Assembly (NCBI GenBank): GCA_963842085.1
Contig: CAWJET010000001.1
Span: 1,536,001-1,600,000, forward strand
Length of the DNA stretch: 64,000 bases
Direction: 5' to 3'
Source: an uncultured delta proteobacterium
GTDB taxonomy: Bacteria; Desulfobacterota; Binatia; Binatales; Binataceae
The notes under the pieces were generated by a model that was not told the DNA's origin, ran no database searches, and was given only the letters and a program-made list of their open reading frames with translations. Positions within the stretch are counted from its first letter, which is position 1. Each line of letters begins with the position of its first letter. The translations under genes were made by a program, and so were the position numbers. Below, piece after piece: positions 33,161 through 44,318 of this stretch.

Positions 33161-33604
33161 CGGCCCGCTCTGTCGACAGTCGATGGGATCGCGGCTAGCG
33201 TCTGACTCTTTTTCCGCTGGCTTCTTCGCTGCGTGCGGCCGCAGACGTCACCCAGCGGCTATCATGCCAGACTAGGAAGCATATTTCCCTGAACGCTTCG
33301 AGCGCTCAAGGTCTAACCGAACCTGCATTCGGACGGCACTGACGATCACTGACGATCTTTTCCGGGGTTTCAAGTATCGCCGGTGATGCTCCTGCAGTGG
33401 CCTGACCTGCTCAAAAGCCGTTGATACCGCCAGACCCGGCTGAAACGAGACCTGCTGATTTGAAATTCTATCTTTTTCCTCCCATGCAGTGTTATATTAT
33501 GTCGTCTGTTTTATTCGATTGATTTAAGTTATCATTCAAGCGGTTTCCGATAGATGCAAACCGCGCTGAATTCGCGAGTCTTTCGCGATTACGACGTCTG
33601 CGGC

Positions 33605-33765
33605 ACCGAGAGATGGCGCGTGCACTACAACACGGGGCGACCGGACTCCTCGCTTGGCTACCGCCCGCCGGCGCCGGCCGCGGTGGAAAGTCGTGAGCTA
33701 ACTTCATTGGCAAGTGTGGTGACCTAGACTAACACTTCAACTGGTACAAAAGATCGGGCAGGCCA
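33605..33765 (+). mobile_element. IS3-family right-end remnant
   Basis: Translates TERWRVHYNTGRPDSSLGYRPPAP; ends CTGGTACAAAAGATCGGGCAGGCCA. Confidence 0.8.
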
Positions 33766-33968
33766 GCCCGGCGGATGTCGTCATTTTCGAGCGCTTTGGT
33801 GCCCACGTGAGACAGAACAGGCCCGTTGCGGTGAGGGAAAGGATCTGCGACAGAAACTTGTTTAAACTCTGAGTTTGCGGCCAGTTTGTTGTTCGTGCGA
33901 ATCTAACTCAAGGGTCAGAATGGAGATGCCGGTCGATTATGAGATTTGGCTGGTAGGGCTATAAAATC

Positions 33969-36296
33969 ATGACTCTTTCACGTTTCCTCAGTGGTTCGTT
34001 TTCCAAAACAAGCTCGGTTGTCATTTCTTTTTTGCTCATCGCAGGGGCCTTAGACGGGACCCAATTTCTCTCGTTGGTTCCCTCTGCACAAGCGGCGCTG
34101 ACACTCCAAGTTACGAGTCCCGCGGCGGGATCAACGGTGAGTGGGAACATAACCTTTACCGTCGCCGCGAGTGATCCCTCACAAATCGCGAAACTCGAAT
34201 ATCATGTTCTTGGACATTCCGTAAATCAAGGCCAGTCCGTTACATCAGCCCCCTATAGTCTTACCTGGAATACGAATTGGTATTGGGATGGCAGGGTGGA
34301 CGTTGTGGCGGTTGCAGAGGATGCTTCGGGCAATGAAATTGTGCGAAGCGCTCCGATCCATATCGTCATCAAGAATACCTCAAGCGTTGTCAGAATCACG
34401 GGGCCCACCAACGGCCAAGTGGTAAAGGGCGTCATCAATTGGTCTACTCAGTCTTTTGATCCGAAAATCGTGCAGGCGATTAATTACATTGTTGACGGTC
34501 GGAACGTCGCGACCGATTATAATGTCAGCAATACCACAAGCTATAACGACAAGGTAAAGTTCGATACTAGCAAACTTCCGAACGGCATCCACGATTTCTT
34601 CGTGTGGGAACTACATCCCGCCGATCCCAATCATAAGAACGCCAATAATCCGAGCGCGATGGATGATGTAAAACTCGATGTTGAGAACGGTCACTTGCCG
34701 CTCGAAGTTCGCGGGAAGTGGTTTGACGTTTATCTTGCTCGCGGAGAGCAGGCGAATCTTTCTCCGCAGTTGATCTATGCCGACGGAGCATCGGCGGCGC
34801 TCACAAGCGGAGTGACTTATGTCAGCGATAATACTTCCGTAGCAACGGTAGACGGGAATGGGAATGTTACCGCCGTCGCGCAGGGAGCAACATTTATTAC
34901 GATAACGTCCGGATCGCTTTCCGGGAATACGCGTATCGTTGTCCGCCCCCGGGATTTTCCCCATTTTTCAGCGAAAGGGAAAATTGTCTACTCGTATGAT
35001 CCCACGATTTCTCTTTGGATCAGAACGTTGTTTAACGCGCAACCCGGCCCCAACTCAAATTATGGCTATAATATCAACCCCGCGGTTTTTCACGCATCTG
35101 GGGTGAATGCGTTAAATGCAGGATTTTACCAAAATCCGGCGGATCTTGGCTATTCTCTAAGTACGCCTCAGCTGTCTCAATGGGAAGCGCAGTGGACTGC
35201 TCATTTCTGGAACGATATGGAAAATTGGCTGAAGACCAATAAATTCGCTTACGTCGCTACCGGAGATGATTTGTGGCGTTCATCTAACGAAGAGAACATG
35301 ACTCTAGGATGGGGAGGAGACGCCGCAAAGTATGCCATGCAGCGGGTTCTGCGCGATGGCGTTGTTACTTCAATTGAGGGCTACGACGAAACAGGGGGAG
35401 TCCCTGTCCATTCTAAAGATAGACACGCCATGAATGTCATTAACAGTGTTTCACATCCTCCGCTTACCTGGCAGGTGCAGGCGCTCCAGGGTCCTGATGC
35501 TGATGCGGCTTGGATGGGTGACCCTACAATGTCCAACTACGCGACGTGGTATTGGACATATGCCCATGGAGGCATTCGGGCGGAGTATCCATGGGCGTTC
35601 TCTAACTATACCAACCTTTTGAACATGAACTTGATCATGCGTAATCGACTTGGTTATATCCAGATCAATCAGCCTCAGCTCATGCTCACGCAGTGCACCG
35701 GTCCCTTCTATACGAAAATGGTTGCAGGATCTTCCTACCAGCCAGGGCAGGATCTTTTGCAAGAGCCGGGAGCTACCCCAGAGCAAGTTTCGGCCGAGAT
35801 TATGTACGCAGAAGCAATGGGTATGGCCGGGGTTCGCGTCTATGCCTTTGACGGCGGCATTTGGTCGCATGAGCGTCCAAATAGTCCTATCGGTAGCCAA
35901 GATCGGCAAACCGGCTGTTCGCCTGACGTTGCAGGGCAGGATGATTGGGCGGCGGTTTCCGCGGCCTTCAACTTGATACAAAAATTGGAGCCGTACATAC
36001 TCCAGCCCCAGATGAACGCTATCAATCTTGGTTCACGGATAGTAACGGGGGCAAAACAAGGACCGAATGGCAGACTTTTTACTGCGGTGAGTTGGGATGA
36101 GATTCCTCACGCCATTCACGCTGATTTGACTCCGTACAGGTATCCCGGCGCAAGATCCGTAATCCGCCATCACGTTTTAGGGGCTCGAAGTTGGTCGGAA
36201 GCCGTCCCAAATGATACGATCGCTGACCTGACGCTTCAGCCGGGGGAGAGCATTATATGGCTCTTTACCCCCAGCCAAGTTTCCGGCAGCAGGTAG
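33969..36296 (+). CDS. Secreted protein with tandem bacterial Ig-like domains and a C-terminal unknown (possibly glycoside hydrolase-like) domain
   Basis: Signal peptide; TSPAAGSTVSG..APYSLTWNT; SDNTSVATVDGNGNVTAVAQG (Big_2); visibly lower GC. Confidence 0.82.
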   Translation: MTLSRFLSGSFSKTSSVVISFLLIAGALDGTQFLSLVPSAQAALTLQVTSPAAGSTVSGNITFTVAASDPSQIAKLEYHVLGHSVNQGQSVTSAPYSLTWNTNWYWDGRVDVVAVAEDASGNEIVRSAPIHIVIKNTSSVVRITGPTNGQVVKGVINWSTQSFDPKIVQAINYIVDGRNVATDYNVSNTTSYNDKVKFDTSKLPNGIHDFFVWELHPADPNHKNANNPSAMDDVKLDVENGHLPLEVRGKWFDVYLARGEQANLSPQLIYADGASAALTSGVTYVSDNTSVATVDGNGNVTAVAQGATFITITSGSLSGNTRIVVRPRDFPHFSAKGKIVYSYDPTISLWIRTLFNAQPGPNSNYGYNINPAVFHASGVNALNAGFYQNPADLGYSLSTPQLSQWEAQWTAHFWNDMENWLKTNKFAYVATGDDLWRSSNEENMTLGWGGDAAKYAMQRVLRDGVVTSIEGYDETGGVPVHSKDRHAMNVINSVSHPPLTWQVQALQGPDADAAWMGDPTMSNYATWYWTYAHGGIRAEYPWAFSNYTNLLNMNLIMRNRLGYIQINQPQLMLTQCTGPFYTKMVAGSSYQPGQDLLQEPGATPEQVSAEIMYAEAMGMAGVRVYAFDGGIWSHERPNSPIGSQDRQTGCSPDVAGQDDWAAVSAAFNLIQKLEPYILQPQMNAINLGSRIVTGAKQGPNGRLFTAVSWDEIPHAIHADLTPYRYPGARSVIRHHVLGARSWSEAVPNDTIADLTLQPGESIIWLFTPSQVSGSR

Positions 36297-36374
36297 CTAC
36301 TGCGCTCTCACGATAAGGCCTGCATACCCGAAGTAGCCGCCTTCAAAGCAGACTCCTTACCCTCTTGGTTGCGG

Positions 36375-36833
36375 TGGCCTGCACCCCGAAAACTCAGCCG
36401 AAATGAGGTAGAGTCCGTCGCCTGAAAAGGAGACGGGCAATGAAAGGAAGCCGCTTCACGGAGGAGCAGATCATCGGGGTGCTGCGGGAGCAGGAGGCCG
36501 GGGCCAGGACCGAAGAGGTGTGCCGGCGTCACGGGATCTCAAGCGCGACATTTTACAAGTGGAAGTCGAAGTACGGCGGGCTGGAGGTATCGGACGCCAG
36601 GCGGCTGAAGGCGCTGGATGATGAGAACCGGCGCTTGAAACGACTGTTGGCCGAGTCGCTCTTGGACAACGCGGCGCTCAAGGACCTGCTCGGAAAAAAC
36701 GTCTGAAGCCTGGGGCGCGGCGAGTAGCAGTGATTTGGGTAATGGAGCGTCACGGGCTGAGTCAGCGGCACGCGTGCGAGTTGGTGGGGCTGGATCGTTC
36801 GACTTTGCGCTACCGGTGCAAACGACCGGACGA
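36375..36833 (+). mobile_element. IS3-family (IS407-like) left part: IRL, orfA 36440-36706, truncated orfB
   Basis: TGGCCTGCACCCCG end; MKGSRFTEEQIIGVLREQEAG; orfB SQRHACELVGLDRSTLRY stops at the junction. Confidence 0.88.
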
Positions 36834-37788
36834 CTTGCGTTGCTTGTGCACTCTACAGCGTTGCACCACCGACAGATCGCCGAACACGTCGGCGAGCGCC
36901 TTTCTGATCCCGCGCCCGCCGTCGATCACGCACAGGACGCGGCCGTCGACCTTGAGCCCGCGCTCGAGCAGATCGTTGAGCAGCGAGGTGCAAAGCGCGG
37001 CATTCTCGGTCGAGTCCAGCCCCAGGCCCAGCACTGCTTTGCGTCCGTCGGCCAAAATCCCCAGCGCCACCACCACGGTGCGATGCGCGATCTCGATGCC
37101 GTCGACCATCAGCACCAGCAGGTCGAGTTGTTCGAGCCGGCGGCTCAGTTGCTCGCGCAGCTTGTCGCTCCTGCGCGCGATCAGGTGGCGGCTCGCTGAA
37201 CTCTTGCTGGCTCCGCGGACGATTATCTCGGCGGGCGCCGGCTCCAGGCTCTGGTCGTAACCGCGGGTCGAGACTCCGAGCAGGATCTGGTTGAGCACCC
37301 GCGCGGGAACCGGATCTATGGCGCGGAAGTGGGAGGCACTTTTCAGCTGCGCCTCGCCTCCACCCACGCCGCGTATTCGTGGACAAGGTACAACTATCCG
37401 CCGGCCACCGAACGGCAGCACGATCGGCGCTGCACCCCAGCGATAATGAGATCGCTCGGCGCGATGCTTGCCCCGGGGTCCGGCCAGTTCCACCACGTCC
37501 AGCTCGAACAACTCTTTTAGCGCATTGACCCCCACCTGCTGCACCCAGGCGAACAGCTCGCGCCGGCTGTGGACGATGCCCTCGATCATCGGCAGCGGCA
37601 GCTGCTGCGTTGTCAACAACAGACCGGCGCCAACTTGCGCCGGCACTCTGGCGTTTGCTGTGTTCTTCATCGGCGGTTCCTTCTTCCCACCTCGGGGACG
37701 GTGTTCTTGCCAGACCCATTCTCAGGTCGGCCCGGAGCCGCCGCTACTTACTCAAATTCGAATTTCAACATCCGGTGGGACATCGCCC
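36834..37788 (-). mobile_element. IS256-family element, 3'-truncated transposase
   Basis: LGVSTR, VLMVDG, VALGI..G.K.VLG, VIDGGRG, QRCRVHK; end GGGCGATGTCCC. Confidence 0.88.
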
Positions 37789-38161
37789 TTCGATTTCAAG
37801 ACCACAGACAACTAGTGGGCGGATTTGCTACTAAGAGGTGCAATAATGAAACAAAGTGCATGAACAGCAAGTTAAACAAACTGCGATCGGACGTCTTGCC
37901 AGATTCGCTCCGTGTCCTGACCTGAGTTGGCAGATGGAAACCCTTTTGGGAGGGGCTCGTCATATGGAGGATTTTGCTACATATTGGCCTATTATGTTAC
38001 AGGAACTCTTAGCAACTTAATGCCACCTCCCGGTGGACCTCCCTGGCTGGCTGCATCCCACAAAAGATAAAGAAGCGCGCTGGGCATGAGTCCTCAAACG
38101 CGACTGGCTCGTCATTTGCTTCAGAGCGTGTTCCCCGACGTTGGGCCCGGGGAGGGGATGA

Positions 38162-41100
38162 ATGCGTAGACGCTACTCATTGGCATTTTTTCTATCCGTC
38201 TGTTTACTGATAGTGTGCGCCAGCGCGCAGTCCAGCGCTGCAACTGCAATCAACTTCAGCAACGGCTTCGCCAGCACGGCTGGACTTTCACTGAACAATG
38301 GTGCAACTAGCAACGGCACCCGCCTACGCCTCACCGACGGTCAAATATATGAAGCGCGTAGCGCTTTCTTTGGCAGTCCGGTCAGCATCTCGGCATTCAC
38401 TAACAATTTCACTTTCCAGCTGACCAATCCGAACGCAGATGGCTTTACATTTACAATCTGCAATTCTGCGAGCGCCCTTGGGGGCGATGGGGGCGACCTC
38501 GGGTATGCGGGAATCCTCAACAGCGTGGCGATAAAGTTTGACCTCTACAACAACTCGGGTGAAGGACCAAACTCCACGGGGCTCTACCAAGATGGCCAGA
38601 TGCCGACCGTGCCGGCCGTGTCGCTGGTTAACACCGGTATCGATCTCCACAGTGGCGACGTTTTTGCCGTACAGATGACCTACAACGGCGCGATACTGGC
38701 GGTAACGATCAACGATACCTCGACCGGGGCATCTTTCTCACAGAACTATTCGGTCAACATTCCCCAACTCGTGGGGGCCTCTACCGGCTACGTGGGCTTC
38801 ACCGCAGGGACCGGAGCCCTGACCGCGGTGCAAGACATCATTACCTGGAATTACGTGACCGGCGCTCAGTCGTCGCCGACGGCGACTGCGACGCCGACCG
38901 CGAGCGTCACACCGACCGGGACTCCGACGGTGGTGTCCGGGCAAGCGATAACGGCGGCGGGTCCGCACAAGACCAATTCCGAATACAACGGCCAGAGCTT
39001 GACCCTGCCGTCGTCGCCAGCAGCGTCGGGCAATTCCTGCCTCGCGGTGATCCTGCACGACGGGCTCGATTCAGTCGTCGCGCCTGCGCGATGGAGCAAG
39101 GTGTTCGGATTGACCTCAACCAGCGGCACGGGAGCGTCGGCGACCGGGTGGTGTGCCACCAGTCCGACCAGCTACACATGGAGTTTTGGCAGCGGCAGTC
39201 GCAAGTCAGCGGGCGGGCTTCAGTGCTTCAGCAATTGGCAATGCAAGCTCGACGGCGCACCCAGTTACAACACTGGAAATTCCAACAACCCAATGGCGCA
39301 GTCGGTGACGCCGACGGTAGTTGGAGATCTATTGGTTGCGGCGGTGCTCGATATGAGCGCGGGGATTGGCTATGCAGCTCCGCAAGGACTTACGCAAGAC
39401 TGGCAGGAGGTCGACGTGGGAGACGGGATCTCCAACGAGGGGTGGTACGCAGGCCCGCTCACGTCTCTGAACCCGACGGGGAATCTCACCTTCACCAGCG
39501 GCTCGAGCCAGCCCTGGATGGCGCTTCAGATACTGCTGCAGCCTGTGAACACCCCGCCCACGCCGACCGCGACTCCCACTCCCACGCCCTCTACCGCGGC
39601 ACCGACCACGACGCCTAGCAGCACGCCGACCGCGACTCCGACGCGCACGGCGACGGCAAGTAGCACGCCGACCGCGACCGTCACGCCGACTGGGACTCCG
39701 ACGCGCACGGCGACGGCAAGTAGCACGCCGACCGCGACGCCGACCGCTACGGCGACGCCAGTTTCCGGCGCGATGGTAATGCCGATCGAAGTGATCGGTC
39801 CGCAGGGCGAGACGGGAACGCGAAGCTTCACGCTGACCTCGGCGCAAGCCAACAGCGCGGTGACGTTCTGGCTTCAGGGTAACCATCTCGGCTACGTACC
39901 CTCGCTGCAGAAGTTGCCGCCAGGTAAGGCCAGTATCTCGCTCAATGGCGGGCCGTGGCTGGCGCTCACGAACGAAACGGTGACGGTGCTGCCGCCAGGG
40001 GCAAATTACGAAGGTATCGATGGCGGCCTATTCGACACGGTCAAGGTCACCATCCCGATAAGCACGCTTGGATCGGTGGTTGCCGGCACGAACACGGTCA
40101 GCTTTAGGATGAACCAGACTGATGGTGTCACAACTGGGTTTAGAATTATCGCATTCAACCTGCTTGCCTCGGACGGTTCGCAGATCATGCCGGCGACTCA
40201 GTTCGCCAATGACGACCCGAGTCTTTGGACGGCACCGCTCAACGATTCCGCCGACATCAGCGCGGGTCAAACACTCTGGCATACCGCGACCCTCGCGCAA
40301 TCGTCTTTGACGACCTCGACGATTAAGGCACACTGCGCCGATTGTCATGCCCAAGATGGGCGCGACCTGAAGTATTTCAATTACTCGAATTATTCAATTA
40401 TTCAGCGCAGCCAATTTCACGGCCTGAGCCAGCTTCAGGGTGAGCAGATCGCGAGCTATATCCGCTCGGGCATCCCGAATGCGCCGGCGTTCTCGCAGTA
40501 TGCGCGGCCGTGGAACCCGCCTTATCAGCCTGGGCCGGGGTTGAACTCGCATTCGATCGCGGACTGGTCGGCTGGGGCTGGCATCCAATGGGTGCTGGAC
40601 GATGATACACAAACACTCAACTATATATTCCCCGATGGGTATACCCCCGCGGCGATACCAGCCACGGGCGCCATAGATAAGCGCGAAATTCCGGTGTTCC
40701 TGCCGATGCCAAGCTGGAACCAATGGCTGCCGACAGTCTCGCCGATGGATGCATATACAGCTTCAACGCTTACAGCTATGGGCGCTTCGGCGACATCTTG
40801 GGCAGGAAGTGGGGTAGCAAGCCGCTACAACGGCATGCGCAGCAACCTCACCAGCAACCTCACACAATACATCACGAACCCGACGAAGGGTGTTGGTGGT
40901 TCGGGTTCGTCATTTGCTTCGGATCTAGAAACTTGGGATTTTGCAGACAGGCAAAGTCTAGGCATCAATCCAAACGCACCGTGGACACCAATCTTAAGTA
41001 ACTATGCTTATGCTCTTTCACGATGGCAACTTGTTAAAGTGTGGGAAATGATGCATGAGTTCAACCTTGAGGGGCAGCTTTCTCAGTCCGAAGGCTACAA

Positions 41101-41911
41101 TCTTACCATGCCGACCGATGACCGGGTATGGAATGCCGCTGAGCCGTTCATGTCGGCTCTGTTCCGCATAGGTATCCCAACTAACCCTAATGGCACTGGT
41201 AGCCAAAATTCCAGCCAGAATAACTTTTACGGCGATGGATTGAAGGATACATATTTCACGAGTGCGTGGTACTACGTGCAAATTATGGTTCACTCGGGCC
41301 AGCGTCAACGCGGCGGTAACAACCCAATCGACTGGGGCTACTACCTCAACCATCAGGGCGAAGAGTCGTCGTTAAATGGTCACCTCGGATATGCTGGACT
41401 TATGACGATGGTATGGCTCAATGCACAGCAGGAGGATACGACCACCGCGAATGCCGGTTCGAAAGTCCATAACAGCTCGGGCTATTTGCTGGATCCCGAC
41501 TATGGGTTTAATCCGGCTTGGGGCTCCGCGCTCGATAACCTCGTCTTTCCGGAGTACTTTGGCTACGGGGCGCCGGGACCGTGGGCTAACCTGAGCCCCG
41601 TCAATACGGGACAACTGGTCGGTACGCTTAGTATGGCGTGGTTGAATGAGGCCTCGACGTGGACACCTGCACAATGGGATTCCGTTAAGAATGACGATGG
41701 CACTGCTTTCGGCTCACCGAGTCTTGTATGTACGACCAGTCAGTACGATGGCACGGCTGCCGGCAACCGCACCTATACCGCAATATCCGAATTTCAAAGC
41801 AGCCCTTACGACAATGACGACGTCTCGGGCAATGTGCCGACCGCTGATATGACTGCCTTGGCGACCTGGGCAGCTACGATTTGGCCAGCGTGCAATTGGA
41901 GTCAGTTTTAA
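38162..41911 (+). CDS. Secreted protein: L-type lectin-like domain, beta-sandwich domain, PT linker, CxxCH module (paralog 2)
   Basis: Signal peptide; LRLTD, ADGFTF, SVAIKFD, YVGFTAGTG (legume lectin); CADCH at 40334-40348. Confidence 0.88.
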   Translation: MRRRYSLAFFLSVCLLIVCASAQSSAATAINFSNGFASTAGLSLNNGATSNGTRLRLTDGQIYEARSAFFGSPVSISAFTNNFTFQLTNPNADGFTFTICNSASALGGDGGDLGYAGILNSVAIKFDLYNNSGEGPNSTGLYQDGQMPTVPAVSLVNTGIDLHSGDVFAVQMTYNGAILAVTINDTSTGASFSQNYSVNIPQLVGASTGYVGFTAGTGALTAVQDIITWNYVTGAQSSPTATATPTASVTPTGTPTVVSGQAITAAGPHKTNSEYNGQSLTLPSSPAASGNSCLAVILHDGLDSVVAPARWSKVFGLTSTSGTGASATGWCATSPTSYTWSFGSGSRKSAGGLQCFSNWQCKLDGAPSYNTGNSNNPMAQSVTPTVVGDLLVAAVLDMSAGIGYAAPQGLTQDWQEVDVGDGISNEGWYAGPLTSLNPTGNLTFTSGSSQPWMALQILLQPVNTPPTPTATPTPTPSTAAPTTTPSSTPTATPTRTATASSTPTATVTPTGTPTRTATASSTPTATPTATATPVSGAMVMPIEVIGPQGETGTRSFTLTSAQANSAVTFWLQGNHLGYVPSLQKLPPGKASISLNGGPWLALTNETVTVLPPGANYEGIDGGLFDTVKVTIPISTLGSVVAGTNTVSFRMNQTDGVTTGFRIIAFNLLASDGSQIMPATQFANDDPSLWTAPLNDSADISAGQTLWHTATLAQSSLTTSTIKAHCADCHAQDGRDLKYFNYSNYSIIQRSQFHGLSQLQGEQIASYIRSGIPNAPAFSQYARPWNPPYQPGPGLNSHSIADWSAGAGIQWVLDDDTQTLNYIFPDGYTPAAIPATGAIDKREIPVFLPMPSWNQWLPTVSPMDAYTASTLTAMGASATSWAGSGVASRYNGMRSNLTSNLTQYITNPTKGVGGSGSSFASDLETWDFADRQSLGINPNAPWTPILSNYAYALSRWQLVKVWEMMHEFNLEGQLSQSEGYNLTMPTDDRVWNAAEPFMSALFRIGIPTNPNGTGSQNSSQNNFYGDGLKDTYFTSAWYYVQIMVHSGQRQRGGNNPIDWGYYLNHQGEESSLNGHLGYAGLMTMVWLNAQQEDTTTANAGSKVHNSSGYLLDPDYGFNPAWGSALDNLVFPEYFGYGAPGPWANLSPVNTGQLVGTLSMAWLNEASTWTPAQWDSVKNDDGTAFGSPSLVCTTSQYDGTAAGNRTYTAISEFQSSPYDNDDVSGNVPTADMTALATWAATIWPACNWSQF

Positions 41912-42202
41912 CGGCGCGCTCCGTCGACAGTCGATGTGATCGTGTCGCTGGTTTGCCCATTGCGTGCCGGCCGCAGATGGCCCCCCTGCGGCTCTAGCAC
42001 GCAGGACTGTCAAGCATATTTGCTCGATATGTTCAGCTCGAAGCAAACGCTTCGAGCGCTCAAGGTCTAACCGAACCTAACATTCGGACTTCACACCGAC
42101 TTGCTTGTGTTTGTCCCCTATGCGGGCCCAGCCCCGAGCGAAAGGGATTGCAATGGTGGAAGTGAGCCGGGTGCAGCCGCATATTCGGCCGGTTAGTTTT
42201 AA
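39672..42202 (+). repeat. Left arm of ~2.53 kb inverted duplication
   Basis: Reverse complement of 44595-47125 (paired coordinates sum to 86797); translated shadow ORFs match on both arms. Confidence 0.93.
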
Positions 42203-42564
42203 TGTTCTCTTCCATCCTTGTGTTGACAACAGTTGCCGGCAAAAAGACCTCACAGCGCGCCTCTTCGTTCACCGCGACGGTCCAGGCACCCGCCCCAAAC
42301 ATCGGATGGCAGCCGCGGCTTGACCGGCTTCGCTACTGGGTTTCGCTTCAGTCATCCTAGTAATTGCGGTCTGTGGCCCCTTTTCCCTAGGACACCTCCC
42401 GCCCGCCTGACGACCGCGGGCCTGCTCTATCCTTAAAGCGTCGATACTTAAACCGAGAGAGTCGCTGGCGCTGGTGACTAACCCACGCTTCGCGTTACAA
42501 CTTGCTTTTTGACAAGTGTTTCGAGTTCGGGGCGTCGTTCGCCACCGACGACTCCTCACCTGAC

Positions 42565-43967
42565 TCAAGGCCGACAGAGATCGTCACGATCGCCGTCGCC
42601 GAGGTAGTAGCGAACCATAGAACTCCCTGAGATGATCGATTCGGTTCCTCTTTCCGCATATATATAATAGGGAACGTGAGGAGCGGTAGGGTGATTAGTC
42701 ACGAACCGATTGAGGCCGCGCCGGTGCGCGGGATCATTGCTTTCCACTCTGTAGGCTTCGTAGATCGAACAGAACTCTCCGTGTGACTGAGTGGCGCTGA
42801 GCTGCGCGTACAAGTCGCCGAGGCGGCTCGACACCGTCCCCACGCAGACGTCCAAATAGATGGCCTGCCCGATCAGCAGTGAACACATCAAACTGCGTCC
42901 TAACAGTGATATAAGCGGATACTCAGATGGATCCCATTGCGAGCCGAGCCAGCAGATGGCAAGCCATAGTGCAGGGTAGGCGAATCTCTCGCCCGGACTG
43001 ATCATCTCGGCGAACTGGAAGCCGGTCGCGACGAAGCAGAATAGGCAGGTCGCGGCGGCAACCATGGCGGGAAGATACCCCCGCCGTCCAAACCAAATTG
43101 CCGCGCCGCAAGCCAGCCACACCAGCGTTATCACCCCCAGAGTCACCAGATTTGCGATCGCCCCGACCTGCACCGCTCTGGAACCAATCGTCAACCAGGG
43201 AAGAAACTTGTGAAACGGCGTGTACACTGCGACCACGGCTCCGGCGAATCGCGCCGTGGTCCAAAACTGCCAGAAACCCCGCGAGGCCAGCGGCTCTGAA
43301 AAGAATCTCGCTAGTGCGTACCACAACGTGAGCGTCACCGGCAGACTGAAAGCGAAGATCAGCTTTCTGATCAACGCCCGGCTCCATTCGAAACAGGCGA
43401 AGATCCCCGTGACCAGCAGCGCGATACAGAACGGCAACAAATGAGTCGCGAAGAGAATCAGGCCGGCGAGGCAAAAGAACCATCCGCTGATCGCCGCAAG
43501 CTGCCCACGGTGCCTGACCAAGTAGCCGACGTAGTAGAAGAAGAGAGCCACGCCGAGCATGTAACCCAGTTCACCGATGAAGAGATACTGCGCATATGTC
43601 AGGAGCAACGGAATATATAATAGCGGGCTTTCCTCGGAAGCATTCAAAGACTCTGTCAAGAAGATGCTACCGCCCGCGAAGGCCAGGACCAGCAGGTGAG
43701 CACTACCTTGCCAACTATTTGTAGGGGGAAAATAAACTCCAGGCCCGCTATCATCAGGAGCAGAGTTGTATATGGAACAGGGTATGGCACGATTCGATGG
43801 TGCGGCGCCAGTTGATGATGTATCCAGCGGTAGAACAGATCTCCCTCAAATAGTGAGCGTGGATAGTCAGTGCTCGGAAAGAAGCGGTGACTCCAGATCA
43901 GGTAGATGCCGTTAGCGAGCATCAAAAACACAACGCTCCGGAACAAGAGACTGCACGGCGATTTCAC
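42565..43967 (-). pseudogene. Polytopic membrane protein (possible GT-C-type glycan modifier), frameshifted near 43660
   Basis: Two consecutive hydrophobic ORF pieces (43656-43967 and 42565-43659) that read as one protein. Confidence 0.6.
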
Positions 43968-44318
43968 AAACCCTTGTTCCCTCAAGAATCCTGCGCAGGC
44001 GATCCCGCGTCGCCGGTGACCCTGTTCTGGATCATTCCCCGCAGCTGGTGCAGCTCGTGGGAGCGACAGGCCGAGCCGCAGATAACACCGTGTCGAACCG
44101 GCGTACGAAACCACATCCGCAGGAAGACCGTCATGGCCGCGCTACCTTAAGTGCTTTGAACTGGCCGTCCTCGAAGACAGTCCACCGTCCAGCTTCGACG
44201 CGCGAAGCTGTTGAGATAGATCACTAAACCGTCATTCACGGATTCATCGCATCATTCTATAGGATTCCGCTCTTAACCGCTAGTATTTCGCATTAGATGT
44301 GAATTTCTAAAACGACAG

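Noticed and set aside
33485-33515. dif-like site (GTTATATTATGTC)
   Set aside because: Only partial resemblance; XerC and XerD arms do not match
39550-39765. Repeated ACGCCGACCGCG-like units suggestive of a CRISPR or VNTR array (also 30890-31010 and 47035-47240)
   Set aside because: They encode Pro/Thr/Ala linkers in frame; no constant repeat-spacer period and no cas genes
42203-42435. Possible end of another mobile element (TGTTCTCTTCCA..GTTGACA) at the duplication breakpoint
   Set aside because: No matching second end or transposase found; cannot be supported
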